A DNA stretch of 63,302 bases, counting the filler, from Choristocarpus tenellus KU-1152 (lineage: Eukaryota; Protista; Phaeophyceae), in assembly GCA_964200185.2 (NCBI GenBank). It is 12 parts of 12 records of this genome, joined end to end, with 100 filler letters (N's around TTAATTAATTAA, not from the genome) between each part and the next. Parts side by side here need not be neighbours in the genome. Positions count along the whole stretch, not along the records: positions 9,863 to 15,410 come from CAXNAD020010454.1; positions 15,511 to 23,663 come from CAXNAD020005072.1; positions 23,764 to 27,601 come from CAXNAD020017643.1; 9 more parts are not named here. The stretch is one strand, 5' to 3'. The notes beneath the pieces were generated by a model. The model had not been told where the DNA came from and ran no database searches. It was given only the letters and a program-made list of their open reading frames with translations. The translations under genes and the position numbers were made by a program. Shown here piece by piece: positions 13,596 through 26,239 of this stretch. The number at the start of each line of letters is the position of its first letter. The stretch's first letter is position 1.

Positions 13596-13989
13596 TTTTG
13601 CAGAAGGGTGCGCTAGTAGTCACCTGCATCCCCTCAACTATTCGTTTTTTCGTTGACTTGACCTCGCCAAAACTTGAAATACGCGGGAGATATATTTTGG
13701 GAGTGGGTATCAGAGGTGGCAGATATCCTCTGCACCACCCGTCTATCCCGTGGGAGTAGCTGAAAGATGTCAAATGAGCATGAAGGGTGTCTCCTTGCTG
13801 GAAAGGATTCCTCCTGACGTTTTGGTTGTTGTGATGCAGGTTCCGTTTCGCAAAACGCTCTGTAGCACCCTGAACGATATCATCTTCTTCTGGTAAACAA
13901 TGTTCAACCAGTACTGCATACAATTATACATGTGATCAATATCCGTGCTTGACATTTGACTCTTGAGCATGCCACTAGGGATATCAGCC

Positions 13990-15320
13990 ATGGCTGGTCG
14001 AAAATGGTGGGGAGGATTAGCGGTGAGGCAGGTATACGTGGTCTCAGTTGCTGCCCTGTGCATGTTCTACTGTGCATTCGGCAAGGATGCCAAAGGACCT
14101 CACCCCCATAACGGCATGGTTAAGGTGCGGATTCTGTAGTAGTGTCCAGCACTTAGAGATAGAGACTCCTCTTCTCTACTGCTCAACATGGGAGCAGGAG
14201 AGTGAGGTTAGCGTCATTGCCCACTCACAACCGTCTTCGACCAAACGTTAGGGGTCTGTCCAGACCCTCCCCACTTCTTTCTGTGACTGTCTCTGCCTCT
14301 CGCTCCCTCGTAGCTTGCCCTATCCTTTATATGCCACCATCTCTCGAACCTTTGTGTGCCTGAACTCCATGTGCCTCAGCCGTACCAGCCGGGACCGCCA
14401 TCCTTCACTCTCACCAAACGCCAGCTGTCTGATCTTGAAGAGGGAAAATTGGTAGGTCCGGCATGGTCTATTCACAGAGTTTTGCAAGCTTGAAGAATCT
14501 CGGAAAGCTTCGATTTCGAGTATGTATTCTCCTCAACCTTGAGCTACTCCACGGTCAAGCCTCTCAAGTTTAGAATGACTCCATGACCCCCTTCAGCAGA
14601 TCTTTGCACAACCCATTGATTTTTCCTTATGGAGGTAAGCCTTCCAATTCTCTCCTTGTCCTTCTCTCTCTTTAAGGTAGAGGATATGTTAAAAGGGAAG
14701 AATTCGGAGGATGGTGGAAAGGCCGGCCGTGCACTTGCAGTACAGGATGTAGATGCACCTCCCGAGTATGTATGGGACCGCATCAAGGACTTCAACAACT
14801 ACAAGAACATGGTAAGTGATTAAATGGTTCAGAGAAGGTTGGTTGGGACTGAAATGATGATGAAACAGGTGTAACTGTAACTTCCCTCACTCTTGAATTT
14901 CTGAATGTGCCTTGTTTTGTTAAAAGAGTAAAGACTGGAGTCATTCTTAGTCACGGTACTTGATTACGTCCCACTAAATCGTGCGTTTTGGTTGTGGCAA
15001 TGGCAGTTGGGTGAGGTACTGTAATAGTTTGCACAGAACTTGGAAACAACCTCTGCTATGGTTCCTAAATGAAGCTCACATCAAAAAATGCTCTTACCCC
15101 CAGCCTTGGTGGGTCACTTCCTAAATAAGGGCAATATTTGTGGTACCATTTTTAACACCATGTCCTTCTGTGACAAACTGCAGTTCAAAGGGATTCCCAC
15201 TGCTTTACCCAGCCTCCCCCCCTGAATTACTCTCACTGCCATGCTACAACTGCACTGTGCCTTCTGCAGGTGCCCAAAGTGGTTGAGTGCTACAACTATG
15301 ACACAGAGACCCTTAGAAAT
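13990..15320 (+). CDS. Putative secreted SRPBCC/START-like (polyketide cyclase-fold) protein, 5' exons 13990-14124, 14380-14451, 14677-14811, 15270-15320
   Basis: Spliced peptide MAGRKWWGGLAVRQVYVVSVAALCMFYCAFG...PHPHNGMVK|PYQPGPP...GKL|...GRALAVQDVDAPPEYVWDRIKDFNNYKNM|VPKVVECYNY. The V.AP...VW..I.DF..Y..M.P pattern is SRPBCC-like, and the N-terminus is hydrophobic. Confidence 0.75.
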
Positions 15321-15340
15321 GTGAGTCGTTAACTATCTAT

Positions 15341-15376
<36 letters not shown>

Positions 15377-15550
15377 GCCCCCCCCCCCCCCTCCACTCTC
15401 GTTGCTGCGTNNNNNNNNNNNNNNNNNNNNNNNNNNNNNNNNNNNNNNNNNNNNTTAATTAATTAANNNNNNNNNNNNNNNNNNNNNNNNNNNNNNNNNN
15501 NNNNNNNNNNGGGGCCCGTCTGTCCTTATTCCTTTGGCTTGGTCGAGGTC

Positions 15551-15745
15551 GCTTCCAAATTGTAGCGGTGCCCTCCACAAGCACCGAAATATCTTTGAAC
15601 AAAAATATATCCCATTCAAAAAGGGGCCCTTAAAAAAAAAGAGTGCCGCAACATTTACAAAAAAAACATATGGGCACTTTCCGTGCACCATTTTGGGTCA
15701 AACCCATCCTCCATAGTATGCTCCATCCTCAATTTGGTGACATCC
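15551..15745. repeat. Dispersed repeat, reverse complement of 35752-35908; probably the internal part of a longer family-2 element
   Basis: The shared segment TTGAGGATGG...ACTATG(G)AGGATGG also follows a family-2 TIR at 38605-38640. Confidence 0.7.
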
Positions 15746-18423
15746 TGTTTGTAGATTATGACCTCACCATAATATGTTCCTATCAACAATTACATTTCTC
15801 TTTTTGACGTTGTTAGGGTTACAATTGTTGTTGTATTGAGTTGACGTTCTAGTTTGGGTTTTGATAGACAGTAGTACGACGGTTGCGATTGTGCCTGTTT
15901 CCGCATCAGGTCAATGATGACAACATGACACTTCATCAAACGAACGGTTGCGGGGTCTCTAAACCGTTCCTCCTAGTACTTACATAACTATACACACATC
16001 ACACATCAAAAATGAATAATATTGTTAGATAAAGAATAAAATGCCTCATAAAACTAGAGAATGCGTTGAAGCGCCAAAACTGTGGGTGGACGGGGACCAT
16101 CGCTAAACTTGCCACCTTGGTGAACTTGAATAATCTGTACTGCAAAAGGAGTGCTCTCTTGGCATGTTCAGCACCAACTTCGAAATAGTCAAGTCCAAGG
16201 TGTTGTTTGTACGTTGCTTGTAGGGTGTCGTCTTGTGTTTTGGTCCTGTTGGATTGATGCTTGGGTTTACAATTGCGGATTTGACCAAATTTGGTATTGT
16301 TGGTCTTCCCTCGATGAGGTGTGTAGAAAAGGATTCGAACAAAATAAGTTCTAAATGGAGTGCTCTCAACGTTGACCAGATTCATTCTTGTGATGTGCGC
16401 TTGGCAACAGGAGGATTTTGGTGTCGGGTTCATAACAGGGACTGTAGATTGCATGCTAGTGTGTTGTGGTTTGTTTCGCACAACAACAAAGGGAGTGATA
16501 GGCGATGCTCAACACAATGTGTGTCCAAGGCATTTATTTTAGACCAAACAGGCCGCGTAGGGGATTTCAAGGAAGACCACATTCACGAAAGAACACTTGT
16601 TTACATCTTCGAGACTTTGCACTGGCTACGCAAGATGATTTTGTGCATGCAGGCCCGAGCGTAGAGTCTTCATTCGTAGGGTCCATACAATCTGTCGATG
16701 AGGGTGTAGACGCCAAAGTCTCACGTCATTGAATACTGGCATGGCAGGTAAGCAAGAAGGCATTGTGGAACATCGTTGGATGTGTACTAGGTAGAGGCAT
16801 TGGTGAATTTATTTCTCACATGCGCCTGTCGCAACAACTCAATGTTGGGCTATATGCGGAGAAGGGGTTGAATCAAGATCCTAACTCTGAACAAGGAGAG
16901 GAAAGCACTTGTTTGCAGGTTCCTGGTTAAATACTAGGGGGCCCTTAAGGAGGAAATTGCATGGGGGAAGGATTGACCAAGTGAGAGATCAAATTAGGCT
17001 GGGGTGGTAAGGTGACCCTAACTGGGATCGGATTGAGGGTGGATGAAAACCAGCAGAATGTGCTAAACTGGTTGCCCATGCCCAGAGAGAGATGGAAAAA
17101 TTCATCGAGACAGAGGACAAGATATTGGAGGGAGACATGTTTACATATTCCAGACGATCTGAAAGACACGGACGAGTTAGCAAGACCAATGTACGCAGTA
17201 GAGAGAGGAGGGAGTAGGTGAGATCGTACAGGAGGATTATGAGGTGGAACTCATGATGGAAGATGGTAACAATTGATCACAACATCGAAGCTGACGAACC
17301 TAAGCCTGTATTTATATGTAAGGGAATACCAAAAGACAGACCCAGAAACATTACAAGTACTCCACGCATTATTTTTCATTAAATGTTCTGGACTACTCAC
17401 AAGAATGACTTGAGCTACCAAAAACATATCTTGTGACTGCTGTGCATAACAGCCTTCCAATGATATAGGTCTCAAGTCATCAACAAGTAGTAGAGTGATT
17501 GTGTAAACATGAAAACAACAAAAAACCCTCAAAAACATAAATGCTCTCCATATACAGATAATTATGTACACACTGTATTGTGATTCGAAGATGTACTCGA
17601 GCTTGATTTAAGCGCTAGGACTTCAGCTTTTAATCCATACATTTTTGATGGGATGGATCAACCAGTAACAGATCTTAGACCAACCACATTGAACGCTTCA
17701 GGTCCAGCTCGTGGGACTGAAGCATTTTTCTTCAATTTTTTTCTAAGACGGAACCTATCTTGTACGTGTGTACGTGGAGTTAGGACCTGAAACCAATTGC
17801 ATTAGATCGGGTTTGCCCCCACGATTCAGAATATAATTTTCTTCCCTAACACGAAAATTCCTCAAGGTTTGTGAACAATCTTGGGATATTACTTCCCTCC
17901 GTAAATACTACCGATGATAGGGCGATGGATTCGGTGCCGGTGTGGTGGCTTTGTCGACATGCATATGTGATACAGACAGGCAAATGTGGTGTAGGCATCG
18001 TGGATAGTGTGCATAGAACTCTGAGACGATTAGTGTTGGGCGCGTTTGGCGTTTGGTGTTAGACACGTGTTTAGTAGTAGTTGGTTGGGAGGAGCGCAAG
18101 CGCAACCTCCCCGGTAAAAAATTATACGGTAGAGAAGCTTCCGAAGAAACTTTCTGCAGGGATTACAGCACTCCATGGTCAAGCCAAGTGCAAGAGCCTG
18201 CTCCCCCTGCGGTCACCAGTCATCTTGACCACTGGCAAGCCCCTGTCAGGTAAGTATGCTCTTCACATTGCAAAAATAAATATATATAAATAAACGAATC
18301 AATAAACCACAAGGGGTTGGGATATTTTGACAATACAATACATCTACTCTAAGTTGCCCTCCTCAATCACCGACTTGTCCACAATAATACTAGTGATGTG
18401 ATCCAAAATCCAAGTATTTTTAT

Positions 18424-18513
18424 TGGCGACACTCGGTGAGATTCAAACTCACGCGTGGAGAGCACATCACAGAATCACAGGAACCATTCCTGTACCACTT
18501 GTATTACTATGTC
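18424..18513 (-). pseudogene. Degenerate tRNA-Ser-like sequence with an encoded 3' CCA
   Basis: The minus strand reads GACATAG...AGTGGT...TGTGCTCTCCACGCGTGAGTTTGAATCTCACCGAGTGTCGCCA, giving a Ser-type variable arm, T arm and acceptor stem. The D and anticodon arms are damaged. Confidence 0.6.
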
Positions 18514-18949
18514 GTTTTATTTAAATGTGCATTCACGTATATGCGAAGGTGTTCCTAGTGAGCAATAAGCATGTTGTAGGTAAAGAGTTAAGGATGGTAT
18601 AATATTATAAAATTAGTATGCCCTTAGACATTTTGCAGATGTATCAGGGGGAAAACCAATGAAAACTATACATATGTCGTTATTAGCCCTAATAATGAAA
18701 TATAATATCCTAAACGTGAGAACACTATAAAACACTGTAACTGTGGAAACCACTAATCTATCAGTTACTTCACCACTACTGTCTTCCTGTGCTTCCCATG
18801 TACCTACTCCTGTGCCCCAGGGGGGGATATTATCGTAACACCCTTCCACGGTATATTTGTACAGCTCCACTTATGGGCCAAGATTCAAATATCTAACCGC
18901 ATGCTGCAGTATATGTCCGATTCTCAATACTTTTCTTGTCAAGGAAATA

Positions 18950-21690
18950 ACTTGTTTCTTTGCCACAAGTAAAGTAGAAGCAATTTCTCCAAGTATACGT
19001 ATTACATCCTACCTTGATATCAGACTACTCTATCGTGCGGATATTGGTCAGAGTTCAGAGTCAATTTGCCAACATTCGCAAGAAGTGAGTCCAGAAGGAG
19101 CGGGGGTGTTGCTCAACCGACAGGATGTCCTGTCAGTCCACCCCTGAGGGTTGCATTGGCACATCTTTTTACCAAGAAAATTTCTGTTACTGATCTCCTG
19201 CTTGAACAACGGCAAGCAGCAACAACAAGCTATCTCAGAGCGGTACTATCTTAAAGGGGAGTTGTCTTAAGGGTATTCGCGACCCCTGTGATTACTTCTC
19301 GTACTTGCGCTTCTACCACTCTGAAGAACATTTTTTCGCTTATGCAAACAAACCTTCATCTGTTCTGCTACTGCCAAGCCCTTCTGGAAGGAGTTAGCTG
19401 CATTTCAGACGTGGGAATGAGATGTCTGTAGAAGGAATAAAAAGCCAAAGTACGGTAATATAAAAATATAATATTAAGGGCAAAAATGTACACCCTTCTA
19501 ACGAAGGATTACCACCCTCCTTGAGCCTGAACAGGAATTCTCTGGGATATTGACGCATAGTATGTGGCGACAGAATTCTAGAAGGAATCGCATTATTCAC
19601 AAAAAAAATTGCCCACTGATACGTCCTTGGTACTGTGCTGGTGTTCGGAGTTGTTTGTAGTGGTCCTGTGGATATGCTTTGCTCGCTTTCTTTTCTTCCT
19701 CTTTCTCTTGTGGTTATTCTCTGGCGTCTTGTTTCAACTCGTTTCTGAATGTAAGGGCAACATGTACCTTCGTATTTAGTTCTGGTGCATACTGGCCACG
19801 AGGTGTGCAATAAGAAGTGGCAGTTCAAACTCAGCAATGGCGGCAGAGGCATCCTCAGACCATAACCTACCCTCTACCCCCTGAGTCCCCCCTAGGGAGA
19901 AAGGAATAGGAACAATCTTAAACATGCCAGTCGAAAGTTGATTCGTATACAACCCTCGTTGAATTGGGGAAATCACACTTTGGACGCATTCCCAATTGGC
20001 ACACCAACACACGAAAATCCTCCAGGCTACGAGCAAAGAGGGGCATCAGGTTTGATTGTACCTCAGATCCTCTGCCTCAAGGAAGGGTGAACGGGGGACT
20101 TAAGCAAAAAGGAAAGGGAGGTGGGACGAAAAATGCGGGGAATGAACTGTCAACATCAGCCACGACGACCTGTGGGTGTTTTGTCCACGAAGTTCCTGGA
20201 GGGGCTTTACTGCCTCCACCACTGTTGGTAGGGTGACGTTTAACTCACTGATCTGATACTCCCTGACTACAGACGTTGTCAAGGTGAACGCAATTCCCCA
20301 CATATCGACCTGGCTCATGGAGGATGTACTGGACAACGAAGATTTCAACTCCGAGGGTAAGGACTGCACAGATGGAGTGTTTCTCTCGACTCAACACTCC
20401 CTGAAGTTGTGCTGTTGGACTTCCTAGCACTCTCTTGGACCTAGCAACATTCTCTGCGTAGGAAAGTGGATCTGAGTCCTAGGACTACTAAACTCTGTCC
20501 TCCAGCGTGCTCCTCAGGGATTTAACTCGCCCCCTTGCAGACTCGACAGGTGTGATTACTGCGACTCGTTGTGACTTGGGCTTCTTTTTGCACATTGTTC
20601 CACACCAGGTCTTGCTCCAGGAAATGTGATTCACCCAGAACTTGGAGTCCTACCTTGTGACAGCAATATCAATGACCCAGATATCTGAATGTGGGTGGTG
20701 ATGACAGGGTCATGTTGAAGGGACAATTATGAGCATGCGAGGAGAGACAAGATAGGAATAGAAGCACTCACAGCCAATAAAATAATACATAATAAATTAA
20801 TTTTGTACATTATAATTGTTCTGCCAATAGAGCTCTGATATGAAATGCATTGATGACCCAAGTAAGGAAGCGCTCGCCCATAGTTCAGCAACTGGGTAAC
20901 ATACTGCAGGCACATGGGTGTCCCCTGCACGTTGGAGGACATGACAGCAGCCCCTTTACAATCCATCGCAATTTCCGTATGGATGCAGTCTTCCGGTCTC
21001 TCCAGTAGGTACTGCCCCGTAGAGGGAAAAGGAACTACTTCTGGATGTGGCCTTCGCTGAAGTACAAGCAGACTGCACCTCCTCAGCGCATCAAACAACC
21101 ATGGTGTTGCCACTGCTGCAGCAGAGGTCCGTAAGCATAACCCCACTGTGAGGGATCTTTTAAACCATGTAGTTTTAACCTCAACACCTTCGCAGTATAA
21201 AAGGATCGGACATGCTGACACATACAGGCAGAGGTATTTCTAGATGAGCTAGGAGCTCATGTTGTAGGCGGTAGGGAGAGAGAGAGGGTTCCAGCAGAAA
21301 GGGACCTGTAAAATCACGTTCAAGACAGATTGCTTCAGTTACTCCACTGTCCATCTCCAGAAGAGTTTTGCTATTTAAAATTACTGACTCCAGTCGAGGT
21401 CGATGGTCTAGGGGAGGTTTGACAGATTATTAATCGGATTCTTTCCTTCACTCTCACTGGCCTCTATAGAGTCAGTTTAGAAGTGTTGGCTATTGATAAT
21501 TTATTGTCTGTTGTTTTACTTACACGTACTTGTGTGGTTGGTGTATCTGATATTTTGTAGTAGTAGTCCTTTCTTCTGTGGTTTCGTCGTATTCCTACGT
21601 GATATTTTCTCCTGTCAGTGTTGTATTACAATGTTCTCCCCTACATATCATTTATTGTTTTCCTACATAGCAATCTCTATTTGTTAACAT
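18950..21690 (+). mobile_element. Fragmented RLE LINE: reverse transcriptase (RT)-like remnant approx. 18980-19150 and RLE approx. 20890-21250
   Basis: ITSYLD...GVLLNR resembles RT YLDD...G..LN. YCRHMGVPCTLED...RNFRMDAVF...LDVAF...AAAEVRK is homologous to the other copies. Confidence 0.55.
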
Positions 21691-21829
21691 GTTACTAGGT
21701 ACAGCAATGTAGACAACCACATTAATGCATTTCGACTACTACTGCTACTAGTACAACTACTGGTACTACCACCTTGGTCGAAGTCCATTTTAGTAGTAGT
21801 ATTATTGATAGTGTGTATACTGGGTGTAC

Positions 21830-21873
21830 CTATATAAGAGAGGTCGATATAAGAGAGGTCGATATAAGAGAGG
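21830..21873. repeat. 15-bp tandem repeat (TATAAGAGAGGTCGA), about 3 copies
   Basis: Directly visible. Confidence 0.85.
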
Positions 21874-22429
21874 GCAAATTGCTTTCTCACACTTTCCAGA
21901 CTAAAAGAGAGGTTTCAGTATTTTCCTTTCAATTCTCTCTCATATCGAGCAAACACACATTTTTTCACTATTTGATGAAGAAGGTTTTCCAATAAGTCAT
22001 ACATAAAGTTAAGCAAAATATAAGTCACAAAGTTGCTCTAGATCAGCAGTAGACAGGATAGTAATCTTTATATCTCAGTACTGCACAGTACGATACATAC
22101 AGTATATCGCTTCAAGTTTAGACGACTGCATTGTGCAGATATAACGATGCCCTACGCAGCGATATCCAGCTGCAACGTACAGGGTAATAATACTCCTGGT
22201 CTGCCGCACTATACATGCCATAAGTGTCGCGGTGGTAGCGCCTATCTTCATGGCATTTGCGGCGTCGAGGATCTTTTTTGGTGCCAGCGAAATGAAATGC
22301 GAGTATAACTCAAGGCTTGTAGTCCTCCAGCCAGTAACAAGGCTTCGAAGTCCCCCAAGAACAAGAACAAGAACAAGGGGCAAGAGGGAAGGTGCTGCCA
22401 AATATATCTATGGAGAAAGTCGCGTCTTA

Positions 22430-23320
22430 CAAGCCTCGCGGTGCCGGCAATCGCAAACGCTTGAGCTTTGTAGAGAAGGTGGAAGCGTTGGCACTCCTGA
22501 AGATCACGACGGGAACTGCAGTTGCTCAAAAGGTTGGGATCATCGCAGCACCACCCACTGCAAGTTGAAGAAGGAGGCAACAGCCATCATGGAGAAAACG
22601 CAGACGCTGAAGCCTGACGCCAAGTCTACGAGGGGTTCCAAACATGTCGAGGCGCATCAGCGCGTGGATTAAGGTCTGAAAGTAGGTTGATTGTGTGATC
22701 GTGATAGAATTTTCTTTCTACATTGTCTGCTGATGAGGATCATGAATGATTTTTTTGAAATTTTGTGCGACGTTTCTGTCATACTGTAATATCTGTACTG
22801 TGTACTGTATGTAGTATCACGGGTAGCCATTTTTCTCGTAGAGGTATGACCCACAAAGTGTCACTATATATTAATGAGGATCTCTCCAATGCTCTTGACG
22901 CTCTGCACCTCAAACCCGGCGGAAAACCGTCTCAGGGTTCCATCGACGCAGCGAGAACGTGGATCGGTGTGGAAGACAATGGTGAAGTGTTCAATGCGAT
23001 ACTAGAGGAAATGAAAGACCAGCTGCTCGAGGAATCCTTGTACCAGTCCGACAATGAAAGCTCGGGTGACGAGATTGATGATGGGTTTATGGGAGGGGGC
23101 AGCACATCAGGGACCGTGAAGAATGGAGCAGCCTCTTTAGTGTTCTTGATTCCTTCACCGCCGTACTCTCCACTAGCTGATGAGTTGGCAAGCTTAGAAA
23201 TAACCGCCGAAGAGTGCAGCATGAATGATATTTCGTACCATCTCCAGAAAGCAAAGCTGGCTTGACTCAGCGCAATCGGGGCAAGGGCAATCAAACAAGC
23301 GGACACCCGCGATTTTTTCA
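22430..23320 (+). pseudogene. Internally deleted pogo/Tigger (CENP-B-like) transposase
   Basis: N-terminal HTH RKRLSFVEKVEALALLK...AVAQKVGI/HRSTT (frameshifted). The acidic C-terminus reads through a TGA into KQADTRDFF, a PIP-box-like end typical of pogo transposases. The DDE core is missing. Confidence 0.68.
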
Positions 23321-23763
23321 GCAGTCGCGATTTTTTTATTAGCGAATAAGTTGTTTTACTTAGTGCGTGCAATGGGGGGTGGATGGCGGTGCAGTTGCAT
23401 TTGATTCACGGTGGTGTTTTGATATTGTACTGTAAAATATCCTTGTAGAGAGTGCAATTGAATACCCAGAGCAGGCCATCAGAGGGAAATTGACTTTGAA
23501 CGTTGATTTGATTTGAACTTCGAGTCGTCGTCTGTCCAGTCATCCAACGACTTGCGGATGCTCTTCTTGGGAAGGTGTACTATACATATGAGTGAATACA
23601 TCGTAATGAGTGTAACTTTGCCCAAGTTAGAGGGTCAAAGTATCTGGGGGGGGGGTGTCGGCGNNNNNNNNNNNNNNNNNNNNNNNNNNNNNNNNNNNNN
23701 NNNNNNNTTAATTAATTAANNNNNNNNNNNNNNNNNNNNNNNNNNNNNNNNNNNNNNNNNNNN

Positions 23764-23860
23764 GTGTTACAGCCTTTTGACGGATGTGTATCCTGGCGGC
23801 GTGTTTAGCCTTTTGACGGATGTGTATCCTGGCGGCGTGTTTAGTCTTTTGACGGATGTG
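23764..23860. repeat. Minisatellite with a ~36-bp unit (GTGTTTAGCCTTTTGACGGATGTGTATCCTGGCGGC), about 2.7 copies
   Basis: Directly visible at the contig start. Confidence 0.9.
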
Positions 23861-24759
23861 ACCTCGGCGAGTCTAGTCAGCTGACTATCTGCTCGGTAGC
23901 TCAGGGGTTTACTGGTGTTTCAACAGGCGGCTCTCCTTGTCTCACCATTGTGGTTCATGTTGCTGTGTAAGTCACGTGTGTGTGTGCTCATAGAAAGTCT
24001 GCAAAAGGCGTTAAAACGATGTCTGTAAACTTGAGTTTTTTTCTCGGTATCGCCACACCGGCCAAACTTGGTCAGCGACCTATCTTGGACCAGGTTTTTG
24101 CAAGGAGTTCAGTCACCCACTCCATTTTTGTCCGTTTTGAAGTCGTGATCTTCAAAATTTCGTCAGAGTTATTCCCCCGCGTCTTTGCCATTATTTGATC
24201 GGGACATAGCACCTGTTCCCCAAAGCCTGGACATTCTTGGATACAAACCTTGAAACGCTTTTGTTATACCCTTTCATTTGATATATATATTATTGTATAA
24301 CTATTGTGGGGATACGATGAAAAAACAAGATTGCCACAGAGGGCGAAGCTACTGGAACAGCTTTAGTGCTATTTTACGATTTAGTCATGATCATGCCCTG
24401 AGGTGGTACATCGTTGCCAGTTCCTTTTTATACAATGATATTGATACTTATGAAGGAAATAATCCAAGTGAGAAATCCAGCATACTTGACTTGTGCACCA
24501 GGAGTCCTGTACGTGCATCAGCACCATCTGTAGGCTTGTGGACTGGAGCTATACATCGCGTGGAGGCAAGCTTTGGAGCGTGCTGTAACAGGATAGGGAG
24601 GACTCTCTGCAAGTAGGCGACGCTAACTTCATCGAGGGAGAGAGTGTGGCTGAAGAAGAGGATGTCAAGGTCAAGAAGCTGTCTGGCGTCCTGTAAAGGA
24701 GCACCAGCGACCTCTAAAGGTGCATTGTCCGCAATGCAATTTCACCCTACAAGGTGTCG

Positions 24760-25980
24760 GAAGAGGTCTGGCTGCAAAAGTTGGTAGTGAACACCAAGAT
24801 GCACATGGGTCAGACCCTCAGATCACCTTCAATACGATGATGAACTGGGTTGGACAGATGGCTATGTTGGGGCACGAGATGTCAGAACAAGTCCTACAAA
24901 TTGCTATGCTGGATTGTTTGCATGATGATTATCAGATCATCAAACACTACCAACAACATCATAGTAGTAGAGAACGAACGAGAGAAACTGTACAACGCAC
25001 TGCTCATTCGAGGTATTTTCCCTCCAACGAGAGGCGGGGAACCGCGGAGAGCCTGGGAGCACTCTCTTACCGCAAAGACACTGAAGGTCAACTGAGGAGG
25101 TGGCTACTACACGACTAGTCACAGTGCGACTGTTTTTTTACTACAAGGACGTAGAAAACGTGGAGAGCCTTGGAGCGCTCTGGCCACAAGGACTTTGATT
25201 TGTCGAGAGTCTGGGAGTGCTTTACGACAAGGACAGTGAAGGCCAACCGATGAGGCGACCACAGCGTGAATAGTCATTGCGTGAACCCTGGTACGACCGG
25301 ATCACGCGCCAGGTATGAGACCAAGACTTGTGAAAGATGTTTCAATTGTGGACTGATCAAGCATGCTGCTCCTTGTTCATTTGAAAGTCTGTGTATCGAT
25401 TGTGAGGGAAAAGGACACTTGAAGTACGTTTGTCGCCAGGAGAGGGCGACCCCATCTATACACACGAAGGTATTGGTTGGTCCAGGGTTGGAGCCAGCAA
25501 AGAACAATAGAGGAGCTGATAACAGTAAAGTGAGAGTGTCTGGATTAGAGAGTTGGTGCTGTGATCCAGGATAATCCAGCAGTGTGACCAATCTTCAGAC
25601 TAACATGTACAATGTCTTAAAGAATTTAAGAGGGTAGGAGTTTTGCTCTGTTTGTCAGTTTGGGGCTTGGCTTCCCACGGGTTTTATATTCCCTTGTTCG
25701 GTTTTCTGTGTGAACACTGTTACCTACTACGAAACATTTCGGAGTAAAACTATGAAAGGAGTACCCGGACCAAGGATATTGACACTTGCTAACAAGCATG
25801 ATAGCCACAACTCATCAAAATCGCAACATTGGGTTTATGACCCCGGACGGGCGCGGCCCTACCCTCTTAATTGTTTTGGCTCAATAATAGACCGTGTCCT
25901 GAAGGTAAAAAAATTACAGTGGTTGATGTTGCATCGTCATTATCATGGGAAATGATATGCTCGACCTTAACTTCAAAGTA
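24760..25980 (+). mobile_element. Ty1/Copia gag-protease remnant
   Basis: UBN2-like LGHEMSEQVLQIAMLDCLHDDY, knuckles CFNCGLIKH and CIDCEGKGHLKYVC, and protease-like WCCDPG. Confidence 0.68.
25614..25882. mobile_element. Degenerate MITE family 1 copy inserted in a Copia protease remnant
   Basis: The internal sequence is similar to the other copies and the ends are eroded. Confidence 0.8.
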
Positions 25981-26239
25981 GGTCAGGATGAGAGCCTATC
26001 ATTCAACCTCCTATCCTCACTCTCTGCCTGTAAGGCCGATGAAGTCACTATAAAGGAGGACTGGTGTTGCCTTTTACATACTTGATGGGTAGGGTCTTCC
26101 GCATTTTTTTTAGTGGGATGGTGATATGTACTCAGCATATGCTGTGCGCTTGAAACCCTTCTAAATATTTTTTCCCCCGTTGAGGAAGGGGAAACTCCTG
26201 TCATCTACATTCGTTTAACTTTCAAGGTATCCTGCGCGA

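Noticed and set aside
16100-16900. Possible MULE transposase remnant (RH*ILAWQVSKKALW)
   Set aside because: It is too degenerate, with no confident catalytic residues or TIRs.
17696-17742. Hairpin plus T-run resembling an intrinsic terminator
   Set aside because: The DNA is eukaryotic and there is no associated gene, so this is probably chance.
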